Source: Marsupella aquatica
Lineage: Eukaryota > Plantae > Marchantiophyta
Reading direction: 5' to 3'
Assembly: GCA_973895155.1 (NCBI GenBank)
Contig: OZ316894.1
Span: forward strand, 5,604,944 to 5,668,943
Length of the DNA: 64,000 nt
The notes under the pieces are model-generated. The model was not told the DNA's origin and ran no database searches. It was given only the letters and a program-made list of their open reading frames with translations. Position 1 is the stretch's first letter; the number at the start of each line of letters is the position of its first letter. The translations under genes and the position numbers were made by a program. Of this stretch, positions 51,681-64,000 are shown piece after piece.

Positions 51681-53993
51681 CTGAAGCTCAGCAGCATCCA
51701 CTTGCTGCTCACCAGCATCAACAAACACCTCTGGTTCCTCTAGCACAGGAACCAACTCCATAATTGGAGCAACTCCTCTCCGGTCATGCACCTTATGACC
51801 AATCTCCCCCTCAACGAGATTCGGGATAGGAGATTTTCCTTTGTCAGTACGGGAGACCTGAGTATTCTCCCCCTCCTTCAATAATCTGGATTCATTGAAG
51901 GAAACATCCCTACTGACAACCAGTTTACAGGCAATAGGATCCCATAGCCTATAGGCTTTCACACCACTCTGGTACCCAAGAAAAATATATTTCTTGGAGG
52001 TAGGATCCAACTTGGTCCTATTCTGCTTTGGTGTGAGAGCATATGCATCACTTCCAAAAACTACCAAGCCATGATAGTCTGCTTGCCGCTTATAGCGCAT
52101 CTCAAACGGCATTTTGAAATTGATAGCACTAGAAGGAGAAAGATTTACCAAATAAGTTACGGTATTGACAATTTCTGCCCAAAATTCCTGTGGTAAACCT
52201 GATTGGCTCAACATACTCCGTGACCGCTCCAACAGTATCCGATTGAGCCTCTCAGCGACACCATTCTGCTGCGGAGTATAAACTATGGTGAGATGACAAG
52301 TTATCCCCTGTTCTGAATAATACTCTTCAAATTCCACTGAAGTGTACTCCCTACCGTTGTCTGACCTCAGACTCTTCACCCTTGTATCCAAACACTTGAC
52401 CGTGTTTCCAGTCTGATTCTCCATCTGGGCCTTTCACTTTTTAAAAATGAGTCCATTCTTTCGTAAGATAGCCAAACCCTTCTCACTCATATGACCTAGC
52501 CGTGAATGCCATAGTTGAGTCATCTCCTCGTGAGACTTGGTTACATTGGCTTCTCCACATACAGTATTGCCCTGCAACACATACAAATTCTTCTGTCTGC
52601 TCCCCTTCAAAATCACTATCTCTCCCGACCTGACTTGAAGTTCACCATCAATAACGCTCCATTGATGATCATTTGAATCCAACACACTGAGTGAAATCAG
52701 ATTCTTACGCATGCCAGGTACATACCTGACTCCAAACACTGTGCGCACAGCGCCATCAAACATTTGAATCTTCACAGACCCAATACCCTCAATTTGACAG
52801 GAGTGATCATTTCCCATCAGAACTGAACCGTTTGAAACAGAGTAAGAACTGAAAAACTCATGAATGTAACAAATGTGAAAAGAGCAAGCACAATCAAGAA
52901 TCCACACATCATCTGTTCTCCTAGATGACGTGCACAGGGCATACCCCTGGCTTCATAATACATACTCATCATTGAGTAAATCAGCATCTCCATCACCCCT
53001 AGCCACATTTGCCGATGAAGATTCAGCTGCCTTTCCCTTACAGTCTCGCTTGAAGTGCCCGACCTGGTTGCACTTCCAACATGTCATCTGCCTCCTTTAA
53101 GGGAATTTGCCCCTGGACTTAGATCTGGATTTAGATCTAAACTGGGTTCTACGGTCCCCAGTTGGTCGCTGCATACTCCTCCCACGGTTAACATTGAGGG
53201 CAGCACCAGATGATGAAGGTTGTGACGTGATGTGCATCTTCTGTTGAAGATCATCACTAAGCAGAGAACTTACCACATCATTGTATGAAATGGTATCCCT
53301 ATCATGATGCAACAACACCCGTGATAGGGACTGGTAAGATGGAGGCAATGAACTGAGAAGTTGTAGAGCCTTCGTCTCATCATTCAAAGTCTCCCCAAGG
53401 TTTTCCAAGTCAACGACCATGTCGTTGAAAGCATCCACATGGTCCTGCAACTTCGTACCGGATTCCTTCATCCTGAAACTCATCAGTTTGTAGGAAGTAT
53501 AGAGCCGGTTTGACAACTTCTTGTGGTGATACTTGCTCTGCAATTCCGCAAATAGGGACATGTAGTCCTTATGTGCACCCAACTGCTTGATAATGGGAGG
53601 CATGAGATAGAGTGTAACACACCACACTCCCTGCTCCTGCATGCGGTCTCATTGTTTCTCATCAACATCATCTTCACGAGGGCTCAGTAGTTGGCCCATC
53701 CCTGACGCATAGAGCACTCCCTTCACCTGCTTCTCCCATAGCAAGTAGTCAGAGCGCCCATCATACTTTGTCACTTCATACTTGGGTCTCCCAAGCTTGA
53801 ACGTCCCCATCTTCTTCTTTTGCACTACCATGAGCTCCGGTAGTAGAACAGCTTTCTCCACCACACGCCACACTGGTGATTGTACCAGTATCACATGCTC
53901 TTCCTCTTGCTCCTCTCTTTCCACCTCAAATCGCCTCGGTGATCCTCGTGCTTCAAGTTCCACGTCTTCGAAAATCTCCTCCGAATCACTCAT
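51681..53993 (-). pseudogene. Host copia gag-protease-integrase (disrupted, internal integrase deletion)
   Basis: KYEVTKYDGRSDYLLW, LLSSLPPSY, WILDCACSFH, LWHSRLGH, LRSDNGREY and PQQNGVAERLNR, with stops and frameshifts. Confidence 0.92.
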
Positions 53994-54824
53994 ATGAGAA
54001 AATCATGAAAAAATGTCATTTTTCATAACTTCTCAAAAAACTCAAAACTAAACACCGGCGCGTAGCCCATGAAGCTAGGAGTCCAACACTGAAAACCAAA
54101 ATCAAAATCAAAATTCAACGGAAAAGTTATCCAAATTTTGGTTGGGGTGGGTAAAACCTTGGGAAACTCCCTTGTTTTGACCACCTCAGGGAATAACTGA
54201 AATGCCAAGTACAACCCGTCGTTGAAATTGCAATTTGATTGGTGCGCCGCGTTGCTAACTTCAATGGCTACGACCTCACCAAAAAAGAACCAAAAAAGTT
54301 ACCGTTTGGCGTGCGGAATCTTTGTCGGACAGCCAAAAAATAGCTCTCTATTTTTTGAGAATATTCCCGCACAGTCCAACAGGTCTCAGAGGGGGCCGTT
54401 CCCCCTGTCCAAGCGGTTAAATCCAGGGGTCACGGGATCAAGAGAACCAATAGAAAAGCCGAGAGGAAAAAACAAAAAATTGGGCCCTAAAGGAAACTTT
54501 TTGCTGATTACATACCTTAAACACCACTGCTTTACACGAGAGAAATGACGACTGCCGACGGAAAAAGTTGCCAAATTGAACCGGCGCCGTCTGCACACAC
54601 AGCAGAGGAAAAACCTTTCGTCACAACTCACTCTCTCCGCGTCAAGTGCCAATCACAGACTCAAAATGACCACTGCGCCGCAATCTCTTCGTTGAGCCCC
54701 AACACTTTGCATTTCTTCCTTTGAGTCGGACGTCACAATGAGAAACCCGATTCAGATGGGAACAAGCTCCATAGCCTGTGAAAAAATTTGAATGCCTCCT
54801 TCACTCGTCACGACACACTCGGTA

Positions 54825-57800
54825 TGTTAGGAATTGACTCTAGTTCCCGACATAGTTAGCTTGGCCTTACTAGGGTTAGTTTTAACCCTAGAATATATTA
54901 GGATAAGATCCGCTTAGTTTAGGCCCACTCACCCTTCTGGGGGGTATAGGCTGGAGGGAGAGCACTCTCTCCCTCATTCTTCACATGTACTCTCATTTGC
55001 TATGGAGCCTTCAAAAGTTTCTCCACTTGGGGTGTTTCATTGGTGTAGCATCTGATTGAGTGAGTCTCTCTCATGTTTTCGCATTGCTGTCTAGTCCGGA
55101 GCTGACGGTTTCTTGCAAGTGGTATCAGAGCTTCGTGTTCGTGGTTTGGTGGCCTGGGCAGTGATGAGAGCGATCGTTGTGTTGGATCGTGGTGAAAGAT
55201 TGAATCGTCGTCGACGGTTGCGTGATCTTTTCACTGGCCGTTTCATTTTGAAGGATTCGTGTTCAGAAAGGGTGACGGTTTTCCAATTGTAACTTCTCTG
55301 AAGTGTTGGATGTGTCACTGTCTTTTTCTGAAGGGATTGTTGGGTGTCCAGTCCAACGATCTTCTATGCACATTGGTATGCACTAAGTTCTGGTGAAAGT
55401 TTCATTACTTTTCGTTTTCCGAGTGCGAAGTAATCTCATCTTGAGTTTGCTGTTAAGAGCTTGATGCTCTAGGTTATGCTTTTTTTATGTTTTGACTCTT
55501 CTCGTTGTGGGGCCAGTGGGGCCGTTTTCCTTCTCGTTAAAAGTCAAGTTTTCGTAAGCCAAAGTTGCGAAATTTTGCTTGTTGGGCTTTTCTCTCGAGG
55601 TCGCCGCTGCGCAACATTTTTTGGCGGAGCGGCAGGAGAAATTACGAGAGGACTACCAGGGCGAGTGTACAAGCCCCATCATACGTACGCCTGTACGTGG
55701 CGGTACGAGGCCAAAGGCACAAGCAGGTGGGCGGGGTACAACTGTACTCGAAGGTACAGTGGGGAGAGGGAGCTCCCTCCTCACGGGAGTATTTTCCTGC
55801 AGGGCCCAAGGTGTGAGCAGGTACAACTGTACCTGCAGGTACAGTACTTGAAAGTACTGCATTAAGTGGGAAGGGAAGGATTTGTGCTCCCTTCTTACGG
55901 GAGTCATTTTCTTTGGGCACAAGGCCCTATGAGCATTGAAGAGGGGGAGAGGGGGAGCGAGCACTCCTTTCCCTTGGGAGTTTTTTAATTACTTAGGCTC
56001 AAGGCCCTATGCTGCAGCTTGGAGAAGGGGTGAGAGGGGAGTTTTAATGCTCCCTCCTTTCGGGAGCAATTAAGTGGTTTCAAGGGCACAAGGCCCTATA
56101 AATGTACGAGCTAGCCAGGAGGGCTCGGGTGCATTTAAGGAGGGTACAAGGAAGTATTTAAAGGGTCAATGCGCGACCCTATGCGCGGGAGGGCAAGGCA
56201 CGGAAAAGTTTTTTTTTAAAGAATTTTTTTGAGGTCGGTAGGGACGAACGCTCGTCCCTAGTCTTCATTGTTTTTTTTTCTTTTAAGTGTTCTTTTCTTT
56301 TTCTCTCCGCGATTACTCTTACTTCCCAGGTGGACAGGTGTTGGCTCCACATTTCTTCTGCTGTAAAATTTGACTGTACTTTGATTCCCTCCGAAAGATA
56401 CTTTTCCAGAGAGCTGAATTTTGGCCAAAATTTCTGAATTTGGCGGTTGTCGAGGCAGAATTTTTTCGCACTGCTTTGCAAGGGGATACTCAAGGGAGTT
56501 GAGCACGGGCCTGTGAAATCGATTTGCATTTAACTATTGCGAAATTTTTTCGGGACCTAAGATACCCAACGGGGGTCAAAACGGCCACTTTGACACCCTT
56601 CCGGTCCGGGTTGAATAAGTTTTCGTTGGAGAAGTTTTTTGCCAAATCATTTTCAGATCTTGGTAGTGTACCTTGCAGGCTACGCGGCAGTGCATTCCAT
56701 TTCCACTTTCACCAACTTTCATTTTTTGGTGACTTTTTGGGTGGAGGTATTTCGGTTGTGTTTCCTGTGTGTTTGTGGCAGCATCAATGACTTCAAGAAA
56801 GCTTGCGGCGCCAAAGTTTGAGGTGGAGCAGTTTGATGGGAAGGTCAGCTTCAGCCTTTGGACTCGAAAGGTGACCAATGTGTTGATCCAGCAGGGTCTT
56901 GCGAAGACCCTCACTGGAGTGAAACCCTCGAATCTAACAGATGAGGAGTGGGAGGACATGTCGGTGCAGGCGTGTAGCACAATTGAGTTGTTCTTGGCAA
57001 ACAACATTCTCAAGAACGTGTTGGGGATGGATCGAAATGCCAAGAAAATTTGGGATATGCTTACTCAGCTATACCAGAGTACTTCGTTGACTACTCGCAT
57101 TTATCACTTGGAGGGGCTGTTCAGGTTGAAGTTGAAGGATGGTGGCAACATGCGTGATCACCTCAGTCTCTTTGATGAGATTGTGCACGAGGTGGCCACG
57201 GCGGGAGACAAGTTGACCGATGAGTATCTTGCGATGCATTTGTTGATGTCGCTTCCTCAGAGCTATTCGACGTTGGTGACAATCATCACACATGACAAGT
57301 CTACGTTGAAGCTGGATGAGATAAAGGCTACCATTCTTGCAGAATGGGGCAAGCGACAACTTTCTAGCCGTGACAATGAGTCTGCTACCTTAGTGGTTAG
57401 AGGCAGATCGACGGAGCGTACTACGGATCAGTCTAGATCTAAATCACATAGTAGATCTAAATCTAAGTCCCGTAGTAAGAAAGTGCAGTGTTGGCATTGC
57501 CATGAGAAGGGCCACACCAAGTGGAATTGTCCTTCTCTGTCGAAGCAGAAGCGTCTTGCTTCCAATGGTGCATCCTCATTGTCGGTTGGTATTGTGATTG
57601 CTGATAATGAGGATGTTGCTGAAGTGCTATGTAATGGTGCTGTGAATTCTGTGTATAACAATAAATGGATGTTGGATTCGGGTTCCTCTTATCACGTGTG
57701 TCCAACGTAATCATATTTCTCCACTTACCAACCTTGTACCGGTACTGTGGAGATCGGAAATGGAGTCCGATGTGCGATTGTTGGCATGGGGACTATCAAA

Positions 57801-60800
57801 TTCCGGATGTTTGATGGTGTTGTGCGAGCACTAACAGGAGTCAGACACATACCAGACATCTCTAAGAATTTGATTTCTCTTGGTGCTTTGGAAGCTGGTG
57901 GATCTCATTTCACTGCACGTGATGGTGCGCTCTTTGTTGTCAAAGATGATGTATCTTTGATTAAGGCGCTACGGCAGAATAATTTGTACATCTTGGAAGG
58001 AGATGTCATTGCTCCTAGAGTGGAGCATGTGGATTCTGTGGTGGAACGTTCGGATGCAGCGGCAACATCTGTTGTAGAGTTATCTACGGCTGCTTCAATT
58101 GAAGCACCCTCAACATCTGGTCGCACACAAGCCATAGATTTGTGGCATGCACGGTTGGGGCACTTGAGTGGTAAAGGATTGGCAGCCTTGGCAAACAGAG
58201 ATTTGTTGCAAGGCGCTCAATCTGGTAAACTCTCTTTCTGTGAAGATTGCATCTTCGGCAAGCAGAGGAGAGTGAGTTTCAGTTCTAGTTCATACCATTC
58301 TCATGAAATTCTTGAGTATGTACATTCGGATGTTTGGGGTCCAGCGCCGGAGCCGTCATTGGGTGGAGCCAGATATTTTGTGACGTTTGTAGATGATTAC
58401 TCTCGAATGTGTTGGTTGTACTACATGAAGGAGAAGTCTCAAGTCTTTGAGATTTTCAAGGAGTGGAAAGCCATGGTAGAGCTACAAACTGGGAAGGAGT
58501 TGAAGTGTGTTCGGTCCGATAACGGTGGCGAGTATAAGTCCAATGAGTTTGATCAATTTGGTCGGGACCTTGGCCTCAAGCGTCATTACACTGTACCGGA
58601 GACCCCGCAGCAGAATGGAGTTGCAGAACGGTTGAATCGGACATTACTGGAGAAAGCACGTAGCATGCTATGTAAATCCAAGTTGCCCAACAACTTTTGG
58701 GCTGAAGCTATCAACCAAGCTGCATACGTCTACAATTTGTCATCGCATAGTAGTAAGTTGATGCAGACTCCATTTGAGTTGTGGTATAAGAGACCTGCTG
58801 ATTACTCTAGACTCCGAGTTTTTGGTTGTGCTGCCTATGTTCACATTGAGCAGACACACAGGTCTAAGTTGGATCCCAAGTCTAAGAAATGTATTTTTCT
58901 AGGCTTTAGTCCTGGGCAGAAGGGCTATAAATTGTGGGATCCTGTCAATTGCAAGGCAGTTGTGAGCAGAAATGTTGTTTTTGACGAAGAATGGTTGTCA
59001 AGATCCCAGGATATTCAGGAGGAACGGGTGGAGGAACCCACTACGGTGGAGCTTGGTGGCAATGAGGAAGCTGCTGGTTCCTCTGGTAGAGGTGCAATTC
59101 CTCAACCAAGGCGCTCCACCAAGGCCAATTTTGGCCAACCCCCTGATAGATTTGGTTTTGCAGATCCTCGTGTTCACGTTGTTGAGCATGACAATGATCC
59201 CGGTGTTATTTTGCTTACTGAAGATGGAGAACCCTCTAGCTATGAAGAAGCTATGGCCTCTCCAGAGAAGGATAAGTGGATGGAGGCGATGTTGAAGGAG
59301 ATGAATTCTTTGAAGAAGAATTCAACTTGGCGCTTAACTGACATGCCTCGCGGGAAAACACTGGTTCCGTGTAGATGGTTGTACAAGAAGAAGCAGGATG
59401 GCACTTACAAGGCTCACCTTGTGGCCAAAGGGTACACCTAGAAGGAGGGCTTGGACTACACGGAGATTTTCTCGCCAGTTGTCAAACTCACTACTATCCG
59501 TGTTTTACTTGCGATTGTGGCATTCTATGATCTTGAGTTAGATCAGATGGATGTAATTACTGCTTTCCTGCATGGATTGCTTGATGTGGAGATTTATATG
59601 ACTCAGCCTCCAGGTTTTATTGACGAGAAGACCAGACACTTGGTGTGTAAGCTCTTGCACTCGTTATACGGATTGAAGCAGAGTCCCAGACAGTGGAATA
59701 AGCGTTTTGATTCCTTCATATTATCTCAGGGGTTCACACGAAGTGAACATGATTGTTGTATTTACATGAAGGAGGTGGAGAATTACTCACGCTTTGGTTA
59801 CATTGTGCTGGCATTGTACGTGGATGACATGCTGATCCTGGCTGAGAATAAGTCTGATGTTGCCCATCTGAAAGCAATGCTGAGTAAGGAGTTTTCAATG
59901 AAGGACTTGGGTCAGGCCAAGAAGATACTAGGGATGGAGATTCATCGTGACAGGGAGCAAAGGCAATTATGGTTGTCTCAAAGGCAGTATTTGGAGAAGG
60001 TACTTGCCAAGTATGGAATGGAGAATGCAAAACCAGTTGGTACTCCATTGGCCTCCCACTTTAAACTCTCAAAGAATGATTGCCCTTCTAGTGAGAGTGA
60101 TAGACTGGCGATGAAACATGTTCCCTATGATAGTGTTGTGGGTAGTTTGATGTATGCAATGACATGCACTAGACCTGACATTGCCCACGCTGTTAGCATT
60201 TTGAGCAGATTTATGGCAAATCCTGGTAAGCTTCACTGGGAAGCAGTGAAGTGGGTTTTGCGGTATTTGAAAGGTACCTTAGATTGTGGGATCTTATTTG
60301 ATGGTAAAGCAGACTCTACATTAGAGTTGGAAGGCTTTGTAGATTCAGATTATGCTGGTAACTTGGATATAACAGAAAGTCTACTACAGGCTATGTGTTT
60401 ATGCTGGGTGGAGGTTGTATCAACTGGAAGTCGGCAACTCAATCTTGTGTTGCGTTGTCTACTACTGAGGCTGAGTACATGGCTGCATGTGAGGCAACCA
60501 AGGAGCTGATCTGGCTACGGAGATTGGTGAGTGATCTGGGTCTTTCACCTGAAAGACCGGTGCTGCTGTGCGACAGTCAAAGTGCTTTGCATCTGGCTAA
60601 GAACCCTGTGTTCCATGCCAAGACAAAGCACATTGATATTCGTTATCACTTCATCCGTGAGGTGATTGAGACGAAGCAGATGTTTGTGGAGAAGGTGGCT
60701 TCAAAGGAGAATGCGGCAGACATGCTTACCAAAGTTTTACCTACCAGTAGCTTTAGTCATTGTGTGGATATTATTAATGTTAGGGCCAAACCAGTGACTA

Positions 60801-61171
60801 TGTAAATATGTTACTTAGTTACATATTGTATATCACCTGACTCATTGTCTGAACTTGAGTCAAGGTGGAGATTGTTAGGAATTGACTCTAGTTCCCGACA
60901 TAGTTAGCTTGGCCTTACTAGGGTTAGTTTTAACCCTAGATTACATTAGGATAAGATCCGCTTAGTTTAGGCCCACTCATCTTGGCCCTTCTGGGGGGTA
61001 TAGGCTGGAGGGAGAGCACTCTCTCCCTCATTCTTCACATGTACTCTCATTTGCTATGGAGCCTTCAAAAGTTTCTCCACTTGGGGTGTTTCATCGGTGT
61101 AGCATCTGATTGAGTGAGTCTCTCTCATGTTTCTGCATTGCTGTCTAGTCCAGAGCTGACGGTTTCTTGCA
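54825..61171 (+). mobile_element. Ty1/copia LTR retrotransposon (Tork/Tnt1-like) nested in the host copia 5' leader
   Basis: LTRs 54825-55117 and 60873-61171 (about 6 substitutions plus a 6-bp indel); TSD cggta/cgata; iMet PBS at 55120; PPT aaggtggaga before 60873. Confidence 0.95.
56787..60805 (+). pseudogene. Nested copia gag-pol polyprotein, nearly intact
   Basis: KFEVEQFDG, CWHCHEKGHTKWNC, WMLDSGSSYH, WHARLGH...CEDC, HSDVWGP, RSDNGGEY, LYVDDML and KHIDIRYHF. Only two in-frame stops (57708, 59439) and one frameshift (about 60370). Confidence 0.94.
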
Positions 61172-64000
61172 CGATAATCACTTGGCAGCAAATCAACTAC
61201 AGAAACGATCAGCTCGCTTCAACCTCCAACTTGAGCTATAACATGCAACGCCTCCCGCACTACATAGCTCACACCATTGAAAACATGAACTCTGGTCTCT
61301 CCCCCGAAAAAACCGTCGAACACGAAAAACTTCAGAATGACGCAAACTCCGATTCCTCCGCACCACGGATACCAACTAGTGAGTTCTATACACCAATAGA
61401 AAGCCCTCTCACTAATCTATCTGCTCAGCCACACACATTCAAGTTTCATGCGACAAAACTCTGAATGCAACACCGACAATGAACGCTGGAAAACCGTCAC
61501 GATAAAACCTCGTCACCTCCCAGGCATGCTCTGATACCAATTGTTGAGCATAGACGACAATCGCAACGGCAAGCCCATGAACTATCCAATGCACAAGAGT
61601 CGACACAGAGAGATACGTGGTTCACCTCCTCATGAGGCTACGTCCACGGGAACACACATGAGCTTTACTGCACTCTAGGCCGACCGGCCATACCAAGCAT
61701 CCACATCGCAAGCTCTCTCTATCTCTCAACTAGCTTCGTAACAATGAGCCTGAGTTCCCACTCTCCAAGCAAACACCGCTTGGTTATAGAGTGTGCACAG
61801 CATGACTAACCTAACCAAGTCTGCAACTAAGGTTAGCCTTAACTACGGTACAGTCGTGACTCTAGACCTAACAGTAAATCCTAACACTTCTAATGTTCAC
61901 AGTTAGAAAACTCAGTCACACATTCTATTTTCAAGTTTCAAGTCCTTAGCGTAGAAAAAAGAATTGTTCGACATCGATCAAATAACCTTATTGTCAGCTT
62001 AGCATATGCCAGAAATATGGAGGCTCAACCTTTAGTAGTACTAAAACTTTAATATCATGTGCTCAGGGCTCAAGCAGTAGCACAGCCAGCCTGAGTGACA
62101 TTGCCATTAATGTGGCACTTCCAGGGATTTGTCCCTCCAACCCCAAGACAATGTCAATTACACAAAACTGGGAGAGAAACGCATGCCCAAACAAACAAAG
62201 TGGGGGTGGTCTACCCTCAAGGACTCTCAAAGTCAATGACTTTGGAATTGTAACTATGCATGGAGTAGCAAATATCTTTTAGGGTTCAGTTTCCCAAAAT
62301 GACTTCAGATAAAATTACATTGTGCCAATTTTAAAAGATTTAAACTAACAAATGGGTTGTTTGGGATCCGGGGATACCAAGAGTCGGAATTCTCCTTTAC
62401 TTATTGGCATCATATTTAAAGATTTAAAATAAGGAATTATGATCTATTTCTGGTTCCAGGTTCATCTCACTGGGGTCTCATTGTATGGAGAATTGTCCAG
62501 AATATTCTAATAATTTGATTAAAATTTTGATTAAAAACACCCTAATGTTCTTAGAAGTCTCAAAATTGGATTTAAAAGACCCTAATGTTCTTCCCAGAAA
62601 ATTGTTAAGTCTTAGAACCAATAAAATGGCCTTATCCTTAGTCGCATGTGATGTGCCATTTTGGGGGAAATTAAACGGCGGAGGTCCGTCTATCGATGGC
62701 ACGGTCATCACTGCCAGATCCCATTTAAGCTATGATACCTTCATTTCAAGAGCTTTTGTCCTTGGAACCTGTCCATAGATCTCTAGGCTGACCACAGTGA
62801 GCATAATTATGCACATTTCCACCCTATATAGCATCCTTGGCAAGGCATCTGCACCTCTTTCTAGGTTGTGCGGGTTTCCTTTTGCATTCCTCTTTCTAGG
62901 TTTTGTAGGTTTCCTTTTGCACACTTTTTTTTGAGTTTGGTGTTTGTCTGCTTAATTTGGACCTCTTTGATTTGCTTGTTCCTCATTGTACTTTGTTTGG
63001 CCCTTTTTGTAAATCCACTTTAGTTGCCTTTTTCTTTAATTTGATTTAAGCATATGGAAACATTGTTTATGATGACTACACCATTGCCACTTACTTAATT
63101 TAGTAATAAGGGCACAATGAACTTGTAAAGATCATTATCATTGCTTCAAAGGTTGCCTCTATTGTTAACAAGCATCTATCTTCAATTACTCTCTCAGCTC
63201 TTTATGAAATTTGGCGTGATGAAAACCTTAAAGCTAGTTTGTTTCAAGAGTCTTAACATTACATTGTCTCCATTGATTCCAACATCATCAAGTTTTCTTC
63301 CAATAACAAGGACAATGGATTTCTAAAGATCACATCGCTTAGTTTGAAGATTGTGATTACCTATGCATCAGCAAGAATGTGTTTTCAATTATGGGTTCAA
63401 GTACTCTCTCATTGCTTGATGAAAATAGTCATGTTAGATAGTCATGATTAGAACCATCAATTTAGAAGGATCATGAACAGTTTTTTGAATGCGGGTTAGA
63501 TTTGAATGACTCCAACATCGCCAAGTTTGATCAAGAAGAAGGTGAGACACAAAAAAATAGACATGACAAATGAATCTAAGATCACTGTCATTGCTTCATT
63601 GATTTGTCCCTACCATCAGCAAGAATCTAAGTATGTTGAATTAGTCCCTCATCTCTCCATGAAACTAGTCTGGTACGTTTAGAACCATCATAAGCATTTT
63701 GAAAAATTCTTTCTAACGAAAGACTGTGACGTACAAGGCCAAAGTTTGTTGAGTAAGTAGGCTATGGTTAAGTTTCTAAAAGTGTCTAACATTGCACAAC
63801 TTAAGCTTAAATCTAGAGAACTTGACAAAAGTCTCCCGTGCAAAGACATTAGAGTACCATAACTTTACCTAAGCCCGTACCTAAGCCTATCAGTAAATCG
63901 TCTGAGTGGTCCAAATGGGCTTCTATTCATGCAAACAATATGTAGAAAAAAGTACTAATGGTCTAGGAATACAGGTATTTGGGTCAATTGTACAAAATTT

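Larger units (their letters stand above)
40410..61886 (-). mobile_element. Ty1/copia LTR retrotransposon (Tork/Tnt1-like), host of two nested insertions; defective
   Basis: 345-bp LTRs 61542-61886 (5') and 40410-40754 (3') with about 9 substitutions; perfect TSD cttct; iMet PBS tggtatcagagc at 61528-61539 (minus strand); PPT agggggagat next to 40755. Confidence 0.96.

Overview
Eukaryotic land-plant nuclear DNA, probably a non-seed plant such as a liverwort (inference). The left end holds a spliced minus-strand gene for the Trp-rich starch-granule protein ESV1. Ten exons (5725 to 1979) can be traced with GT-AG boundaries, and two phase-compatible candidate first exons exist (8361-8617 and 6111-6892). 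An intronless gene for a 110-aa secreted six-cysteine protein lies at 31137-31469, and part of its upstream region is duplicated about 5 kb to the left between two Helitron-like ends. The rest is mostly transposable elements. These are a very young 2.6-kb Bianca-type copia derivative keeping only RT-RNase H (15136-17764), three solo LTRs, a tRNA-derived SINE, two Mutator-like TIR elements, and a 21.5-kb nest (40410-61886). In that nest a minus-strand Tork/Tnt1-like copia carries a chromodomain-bearing gypsy and a second copia. No rRNA, true tRNA or CRISPR array was found. All comparisons were made by eye, and family assignments come from recalled motifs, not database searches.
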